NCBI GenBank assembly: GCA_028826165.1
Contig: JAPDFW010000034.1
Location: 1 to 61,133, forward strand
DNA: 61,133 nucleotides
From: Anaeramoeba ignava BMAN
Lineage: Eukaryota > Protista > Anaeramoebae
Reading direction: 5' to 3'
The notes beneath the pieces are model-generated. The model saw only the letters and a program-made list of their open reading frames with translations, was not told the origin of the DNA and searched no databases. Numbering within the stretch: the stretch's first letter is position 1; every line of letters starts with the position of its first letter. This document shows, piece by piece, positions 51,920 to 61,133 of the stretch. Made by a program: the position numbers and the translations under genes.

Positions 51920-54616
51920 ATGAATACAAAAACAAAAACAAAAACAAAAACAAAAACAAAAAAGAAAAAATTTCCTTCAGGAAATAATTTTAAAGCAACA
52001 AAATTACTTGGAAAAGGTTCTTATGGTTCAGTTTATTTAGGAGAAACTTTAGATACAAAAGAAAATTGTGCAATTAAAAGAATTGATTTAAGAAAAACAG
52101 AAAATAAAAGAGAAAAAGTTTTGTTAGAAATTAAATTAACGGAAAAAGTTAAATATGAAAATTGTGTTAAATTATTTTTTATTGAACCAGAAAATTATCA
52201 AGATGTAAATTTATTATTTAAAAAAAAAAAGCAAAAAAAAAAGTGGAAAAATAAATTTTGTTTTAATAAATTTTTAAATTATAATTTAAAAGGCAAAAGT
52301 TGTTTATCTTGTTATGGAATATTGTGATATGGGTGATTTACAAGGATATATTCATTCAAAAAACAAAAGAATTTCTATTGAAGAAATAAAAGAAATATTT
52401 GGACAAATTGGTATTTTTTTTTAAAATTCATTTATAAAATAAAATTAAAATTCATTTATAAAAATCAAAATTAAAATTAAAATCAAAATTAAAATTAAAA
52501 TTAAAATTAAAATTAAAATTCAAATTAAATCAAAATTAAAATTCATTTATAAAATTAAAATTCATTTATAAAATTAAAATTAAAATCAAAATCAAAATTA
52601 AAATCAAAATTAAAATTAAAATTAAAATTAAAATTAAAATTAAAATTAAAATTCATTAATAAAATTAAAAATTAAAATTAAAATTAAAATCAAAATCAAA
52701 ATCAAAATTAAAATTAAAATTAAAATTAAAATTAAAATTAAAATTAAAATTAAAATTAAAATTAAAATAGTTAAAGGATTGAAATATTTATATGAACAAG
52801 GAATTGTTCATCGTGATTTAAAACCTGAAAATATCCTTCTTCAAAAAAATGAAGATTCAAAATTTGGATATACAATTAAATTAGCTGATTTTGGATTTGC
52901 AAGAGAAATTCCAAGAGATGATTTAGGAAAATCATTAGAAATGGATTCACGTTTAGGAAGTCCTTCTTATGTTGCACCAGAAGTTTGAATTATTCTTTTA
53001 AAAACAAAATATTAAAAATAATATTAAAAATATTAATTTAAATATTAATTTAAATATTAATTTAAAAAATAGATTTTATTTGGTGAATCTTATACTTCAA
53101 AATCTGATTTATGGAGTTTAGGTGCAATTTTATATGAAATTGTTACTGGTAATTCTCCTTTTCAAGCAATGAGCATCATTAATTTGATAAAACAATATCG
53201 ACAAAATACAAAAAAATCACTTCCAACAAATTATTTAGTAAATAATTTATTCAAAATTTAAAATTCAATATTCAATATTTAAAATTTAAAATTCAATAAA
53301 ATAGGAATTTGTTCCAAAAGAATGTAGTGATTTAGTTGAAAGATTATTAACTGTTGATCCAGAATCAAGAATGACAAGAGAAGAATTACATAATCATCCT
53401 TTTATTTTTGGAAAATTAGTAAATTATTTCATATTCCAAAAAAATCAATTTAAAATTTATTCAAAATTTAATATTTAAAATTTTATTTTAATAAATAGGA
53501 AGAATCAATGGAAAAATCAATAGAAATTGATGATTTAGAAAAGAAAATAATTGGAATTACAAAAAAAGATTTTAAAAGCAAAGAAAATGATAAACTTTCA
53601 TTCAAAAAAGAAGAAGTTATTGAAATTATTAAAATTAATAAAAATAAAGGAATTTGTGAAGGAAAATTAAAAGAAAAAAAAGCAATTATTGAATTAAAAA
53701 GAATCGATTTATATCAAGAAATTGAAGATATTTTTTCAATGATCGATTCAAATAATCAAATTAAAAAATCTCAAAAAAGAATTATTGGAATTACTAAATA
53801 TGATTATAAAAAAAAAGAATTTTCATTATCAGAAGGAAAAGTAATTGAAATTAATAATATAAATGAAGAAAACGAATCTTGTGAAATTACATTTGGAAAT
53901 CAAAGAGAAGAAATTCCTTTTTTCTTTTGGATTTTTATGAAAAATTGAACAAATTGAAGAAAATAATGAAAATCAAAAATTCTTCAAAACATAAACATAA
54001 ACATAAACATAAACATAAACACAAACACAATCATAAAAATAAAAATAAAAACAAATACAAAGATAAACATAAAAAAAAACATAAAGATAAACATAACGTT
54101 AAACACAGAAAAGTATCAAAACCAAAACCGAAATCAAATTCGAATTCAATTTCAAATTCAATTTCAAATTCAATTTCAAATTCAATTTCAAAATCAAAAT
54201 CAAAATCAAGTTCAAAATCAAGTTCAAAATCGAGTTCAAACTCAAATTTAGATTTAAAATTACAATTAGAATTAGAATTACAATCAAAATCAAAATCAAA
54301 ATCAAAATTAAAATCAAAATCAAAATCAAAATCAAAATCAAAATCAAAATCAAAAAAAATTGATATTGAAAAATCAAATCAAAAAATCAAAAATAAAGAA
54401 AATAACAAGAAGAAAATAATTGGAATTGCTAAAACTGATGAAAATGGGGAAAATGATGATGAAAATGATGATGAAGATGAAAATGATAGTTATCTTACTT
54501 TTTCAAAAGGAGATGAAGTTGAAATTCTGGAAATTAATGGAAAAATAGGAATTGGAAAATTAAATGGAAAAACAGGAGAAATTTTTATTGATGATTTTGA
54601 TATTAAAGAAATATAA
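51920..54616 (+). CDS. Kinase + three SH3-like domains, copy 4
   Basis: [29 protein letters not shown]; HK and SK low-complexity linker before the third SH3; homopolymer indels near 53925-53990. Confidence 0.83.
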
Positions 54617-54817
54617 AAAAATTTTTCATTTTTAAATTTCATTTTTGATTTACTAAAAACAATTAAATGAAGAAAAAACTGTCCAATTTTCTTTTTTTTT
54701 TTTTAATCAAAATTTTAATTTTTCATTTTTTTTCTTTCTTTTACTTTTTTATAAAATCAAAAATAAAATAAAAAGGAAAAAAATAAATATATAAAAATAA
54801 AATAAAATAAAATTAAA

Positions 54818-56859
54818 ATGAAAAACGAACGTGAAGATCTTTTATTTCAAAATTTCCAACCAACAAAATTTATTGGAAAAGGTTCTTATGGAAAAGTTTA
54901 TTTAGGAAAAATTTTAAAAACAAAAGAAAATTGTGCAATTAAAAGAATTGATTTAAGAAAAACAAGAAATTTAGAAAATAAAAGAAAAAAATTGAATAGA
55001 GAACTCGAAATAATGAAAAAAGTTAAACATGAAAATTGTGTTAAATTATTTTTTATTGAACCAGAAAATTATCAAGATGTAAATTTATTATTTAAAAAAA
55101 AAAAGCAAAAAAAAAAGTGGAAAAATAAATTTTGTTTTAATAAATTTCGAAATTATAATTTAAAAGGCAAAAGTTGTTTATCTTGTTATGGAATATTGTG
55201 ATATGGGTGATTTACAAAAATATATTCAATCAAAACAAGAAAGAATTTCAATTGAAGAAGCTCAAGAAATATTTGGACAAATTGGTATTTTTCTTTAAAT
55301 ATCAAAAATATCAAAAATTAAAAAATATTAAAAAATATTAAAAAATATATAAAATCAATTAGTTTTAGGATTGAAATATTTACATCAAAAAGGAATTGTT
55401 CATCGTGATTTAAAACCTAAAAATATTCTTCTTCAAAAAAATGAAGATTCAAAATTTGGATATACAATTAAATTAGCTGATTTTGGACTTGCAAGAGAAA
55501 TTCCAAGAGATGAAATGGGAAAATCATTAGAAATGAATTCAATTCTTGGAACTATTTTATATGCTGCTCCAGAAGTTTGATTTATTAATTTAATTCAATT
55601 TAATTTAATTTAATTCAATTCAATTTAATTTAATTTAAAAACAAAAAAAAAAAAGATTCTATTTGAAGGATTTTATACTTCAAGTGTTGATTTATGGAGT
55701 TTAGGTGCAATTTTATATGAAATTATTACAAAAAATCCACCTTTTCAAGGAAGAAATATTGGTGATTTTGTACAAAAATATAATAGAATAGCAAATAAAT
55801 CACTTCCTAAAAATTATTTAGTAAATAAATTGTTAAAAATCCAAATGAAAAATTAAATTAAAAATTAATAAAAAAAAAAGAAATTTATTCCAAAAGAATG
55901 TAATGATTTAATTGAAGGATTATTAACTGTTAATCCAAATAAAAGAATGACAAGAGAAGAATTATATAATCATCCTTTTATTTTTGAAAAATTAGTAAAT
56001 TATTTCATATTCCAAAAAAAAATTCATTTTAAATCATTCCAAAAATATTAAAAATTTGTTTTAAATAAATAGGATGAATTAATTGGAAAATCACAAAATT
56101 TATCAGATTTAGAAAAGAAAATAATTGGAATTGCAAAAGAAGATTTTAAAAAGCAAAGAAAAATGATAAACTTTCATTTAAAAAGGAGAAGTAATTGAAA
56201 TTATTAAATTTTATCGGATTTTCTGTGAAGGAATATTAAAAGAAGAAAAAGGGTTTATTGAATTAAAAAGAATTGATTTATATGAAGAAATTAAAGATAT
56301 TTTCTCAATAATTGAGTCAAGTAGCAATTCACTTGATTATCAAAAAAAGATGATTGGAATTATTTCAAATGATTATAAATCAGACAAAGTTTCATTATCA
56401 ATAGGAGATTTAGTTAAAATTATCAATATAAATCAAGTAAACAAAACATGTGAAATTGAAATTGGATTTGGAATTGAAAATCAAACAGAAGAAATTCCTT
56501 TATTCTTTTTGTGTTTTTATGAAAAAATTGAAGAAAATAATGAAAATCAAGAAAATAATGAAAATCAAGAAAATAATGAAAATCAAAATTCAATTCAAAT
56601 GGAAATTGAAGATAATCAAATACAAATAGAAGATAATCAAATACAAATAGAAGAAACAAAGAAAACAAAAATCAAAAAGAAAAAGAGTTTAATTGGAATT
56701 GCTAAAATTGATTCACAAAATCAAAATAAAGATATTCTTTCTTTTTCAAAAGGAGATGAAGTTGAAATTATTGAAATTAATGGAGAAATGGGAATTGGAT
56801 ATTTAAATGGAAAAGAAGGAGAAATTTTTATTGATGATTTTGATATAAAAAAAAATTAA
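54818..56859 (+). CDS. Kinase + three SH3-like domains, copy 5
   Basis: [29 protein letters not shown]; homopolymer indels near 56150-56185. Confidence 0.83.
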
Positions 56860-59440
56860 ATATAAATCTAAATATAAATATAAATATAAAATATAAATCT
56901 AAATATAAATATAAATATAAATATAAATATAAATATAAATATAAATATAAATATAAATCTAAATCTAAATCTAAATCTAAATATAAAATATAAATCTAAA
57001 TATAAATATAAATATAAATATAAATATAAATATAAATATAAATATAAATATAAATATAAATATAAATATAAATATAAATATAAATATAAATATAAAATAT
57101 AAATATAAATATAAATATAAATCTAAATATAAATATAAATCTAAATCTAAATCTAAATATAAATCTAAATATAAATATAAATCTAAATATAAATTTAAAT
57201 ATAAATATAAATATAAATATAAAATATAAATATAAATCTAAATATAAATATAAATATAAATATAAATATAAATATAAATATAAATATAAATATAAATATA
57301 AATATAAATCTAAATATAAATATAAATATAAATCTAAATATAAATCTAAATCTAAATATAAATATAAATATAAATCTAAATCTAAATATAAATCTAAAAT
57401 ATAAATCTAAAAATATAAATCTAAATCTAAATATAAATATAAATATAAATCTAAATATAAATCTAAATCTAAATATAAATATAAATCTAAATCTAAATCT
57501 AAATATAAATCTAAATATAAATCTAAATCTAAATCTAAATCTAAATCCAAATATAAATCTAAATCTAAATCTAAATCTAAATCTAAATCTAAATCTAAAT
57601 CTAAATCTAAATCTAAATCTAAATCTAAATCAAAATCTAAATCTAAATCTAAATCTAAATCTAAATCTAAATCTAAATCTAAATCTAAATCTAAATCTAA
57701 ATCAAAATCAAAATCTAAATATAAATCTAAATCAAAAATATAAATATAAATATAAATATAAATCTAAATCTAAATATAAATCTAAATCTAAATATAAATA
57801 TAAATCTAAATCTAAATATAAAAATATAAATATAAAATATAAATATAAATATAAATATAAATATAAATATAAATATAAATATAAATCTAAATATAAATAT
57901 AAATCTAAATATAAATCTAAATATAAATCTAAATCTAAATCTAAATCTAAATCTAAATCTAAATTTAAATATAAATCTAATTCAAAATATAAATATAAAT
58001 CTAAATATAAATCTAAATCTAAATCTAAATCTAAATCTAAATCTAAATATAAAATTCAAATTCAAAATCAAAATCAAATCTAAATATAAATACAAAATTC
58101 AAAATTCAAAATTAAATTCAAAATCAAATTCAAATTCAAATTCAAATTCAAAATGAAAATCAAAATCAAATTCAAATTCAAAATCAAATTCAAAATCAAA
58201 TTCAAATTCAAATTCAAAATCTAAATTTAAATTCAAATTTAAAATTAAAATATAAATCTAAATCTAAATCAAAATCTAAATCTAAATCTAAATCTAAATC
58301 TAAATATAAATATAAATATAAATCTAAATATAAATATAAATCTAAATATAAATCTAAATCAAAATATAAATATAAATTCAAAATTAAAATTAAAATTAAA
58401 ATCAAATTCAAAATCTAAATCTAAATCCAAATCTAAATCTAAATCTAAATATAAATATAAATATAAAATATAAATATAAATATAAATCTAAATCTAAATT
58501 TAAATATAAATATAAAATATAAATCTAAATCAAAATCTAAATCAAATTAAAATTAAAATATAAATCTAAATCTAAATCAAAATCTAAATCTAAATCTAAA
58601 TCTAAATCTAAAATATAAAATATAAAAATAAAATATAAATCTAAATATAAATATAAATCTAAATCTAAATCTAAATCTAAATCTAAATCTAAATCTAAAT
58701 CTAAATCTAAAATATAAATATAAATCTAAATCTAAATATAAATATAAATCTAAAAATATAAATCTCAAATATAAATCTAAATCTAAATCTAAATATAAAT
58801 CTAAATCTAAATATAAATATAAATATAAATATAAATCTAAATATAAATATAAATCTAAATATAAATATAAATATAAATATAAATATAAATCTAAATATAA
58901 ATCTAAATATAAATCTAAATATAAATATAAATCTAAATCTAAATATAAATATAAATATAAATTCAAATATAAATCTAAATCTAAATATAAATATAAATCT
59001 AAATATAAATATAAATATAAATCTAAAATATAAATCTAAATCTAAATCTAAATCTAAATCTAAAATATAAATCTAAATCTAAATCTAAATCTAAATCTAA
59101 ATATAAATCTAAATCTAAATCTAAATCTAAATCTAAATCAAAATATAATTATAAATATAAATCTAAATCTAAATCTAAATCTAAATCAAAATATAATTAT
59201 AAATATAAATATAAATTCAAAATCAAATTTAAATTCAAATTCAAAATCAAAATCTAAATTCAAATTAAAATTAAAATTAAAATTAAAATTAAAATTAAAA
59301 TCTAAATCTAAATCTAAATATAAATTCAAATTCAAAATTAAATTCAAATTCAAAATTTAAATCAAATTCAAATTCAAAATTAAAATTAAAATTAAATTCA
59401 AAATCAAATTCAAATTCAAATTCAAAATTAAAATTAAAAA
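56860..59440. repeat. 2.6-kb intergenic hexamer array (AAATAT/AAATCT/AAATTC)n
   Basis: Visible tandem repeat. Confidence 0.9.
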
Positions 59441-59517
59441 TTAAAAAGCAATTATTTTTTGATTTAAAATTTTTTTTTCCATTTTTTTTTTCTATTTTTT
59501 TTCAAACAAAAAATTAA

Positions 59518-61133
59518 ATGCAAAGAAAACTTCCTTCAGGAAATAATTTTGAAGCAATAAAAAAAATTGGAAAAGGTTCTTATGGTTCAGTTTATTTAGG
59601 AAAAAGTTTAAAAACAAAAGAAAATTGTGCAATTAAAAGAATTGATTTAAGAAAAACAAGAAATTTAGAAAATGCAAGAAAAAAAGTGAATAGAGAACTT
59701 GAAGTAATGAAAAGAGTTAAACATGAAAATTGTGTTGAATTATTTTTTATTGAACCAAAAAATTATCAAAATGTAAATTTAAACAATTTTTAATTAAAAT
59801 AAGTAAAAAGTGGATTAAATTTTTTTTTCCTTTTTTCCTTTTTTTCTTTTCTTTTTTTCCTTTTTTTATAAATATAAATATAAATATAAAAGGCTGATTT
59901 AATTTATGTTGTTATGGAATATTGTGATAAAGGAGATTTAAGTGAATATCTTGATTCAAAAAAAGAAAAAAACAAAAAACTTTCTATTGAAGAAATAAAA
60001 GGAATATTCAGACAAATTGGTATAATTTTTCAAAACAATTAAATCATCAAATTTAAAATCAAATAAAACTAAATTAAAAACCAAAATCAAATGAAATTAA
60101 ATTTAAAATCAAAATCAAAATTAAAATCAAAATCAAAATCAAATTAAAATTCAAAATTAAAATCAAATTCAAAATCAAATTCAAATTCAAAATCAAATTC
60201 AAAATCAAAATCAATTCAAATCAAATTCAAATTAAATTCAAATTAAATTCAAAATTAAAATTAAATTAAAATCTAATTAAATTAAATTCAAAATTAAAAT
60301 CTAATTCAAATAAATAGTTTTAGGATTGAAATATTTACATCAAAAACGAATTGTTCATCGTGATTTAAAACCTAAAAATATAATTCTTCAATCAAATCAA
60401 AATCAATCAAATCCACCTTATTTCCATATACAATTTCAAATTAGCTGGATTTTGGATTTTCAAAAGAGAAATTCTCAAAAGATGATTTAGGAAATCATTA
60501 GAAATGGAGTCAAGACTTTGGGAACACCTTTTTATATATTGGTAACTAAAGTTTGAAATCTTTTTAAAAACAACATTTAATTATATTCAATAATATTAAT
60601 ATTTAATAATATTTAATAATATTTAATAATATTCAATAATATTTATAATATTCAATATTAATTTAATATTTAATAATATTTAATAATATAATATTTTAAT
60701 AATATTTAATAAAATATTCAATAATATTTAATAATATTCAATCAATATTTAATAATATTCAATAACATTTAATAATATTTAACAAAAATATTTAATAATA
60801 TTCAATAATATTTAATAAAATATTCAATAATATTCAATAATATTCAATAATAATATTTGTCATTTTAAAAATAGATTTTATTTAATAATGTTATCCAAAA
60901 AGTCGATTTATGGAGTTTAGGTGTTATTTTATATCAAATTATTACAGGGAAGTGCTCCTTTTTCAATCAATAAATATTGGAGGCCTTATACAACAATTTT
61001 TAAATATAAAAACAAAAAAACTTCCAGAATCATATTTAGTAATTAAATTCAAAATAAATTCAAATTAAATTCAAAATAAATTCAAAATCAATAAAATAGG
61101 AAATTATTCCAAAAGAATGGAAGTGCATTTAGA
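59518..61133 (+). CDS. Kinase copy 6, partial (runs off the window); many indels after 60380, either low-quality sequence or a pseudogene
   Basis: [21 protein letters not shown] and DLWSLG recognisable; same intron positions as the other copies. Confidence 0.7.

Overview
Extremely AT-rich, intron-containing eukaryotic DNA (standard code, GT-AG introns, many homopolymer indels typical of long-read assembly). Gene content (BTB-BACK-TLDc protein, methylmalonyl-CoA epimerase with an organellar presequence, Inr-like TCATTTT starts) suggests an anaerobic protist, possibly an Anaeramoeba-like metamonad (inference). Left to right: a CH + repeat + degenerate RasGAP + PH gene; MCEE with a 2.5-kb microsatellite intron; a TSC1/hamartin-like gene whose first exon is split by a 20.2-kb IS630/Tc1/mariner element (TA duplication, CAGTC-starting terminal inverted repeats, DD36E transposase, intron-containing cargo gene, large satellites, internal duplication); a BTB-BACK-TLDc gene with a downstream variant copy of its C-terminus; a fimbrin that appears to be spliced to a Tim17/22-like first exon; an MLKL-like 4-helix bundle + EF-hand + U-box + TPR + TLDc gene; and a tandem array of six Atg1/ULK-like kinase + SH3 genes. 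Most long ORFs in the supplied track are artefacts of simple repeats.
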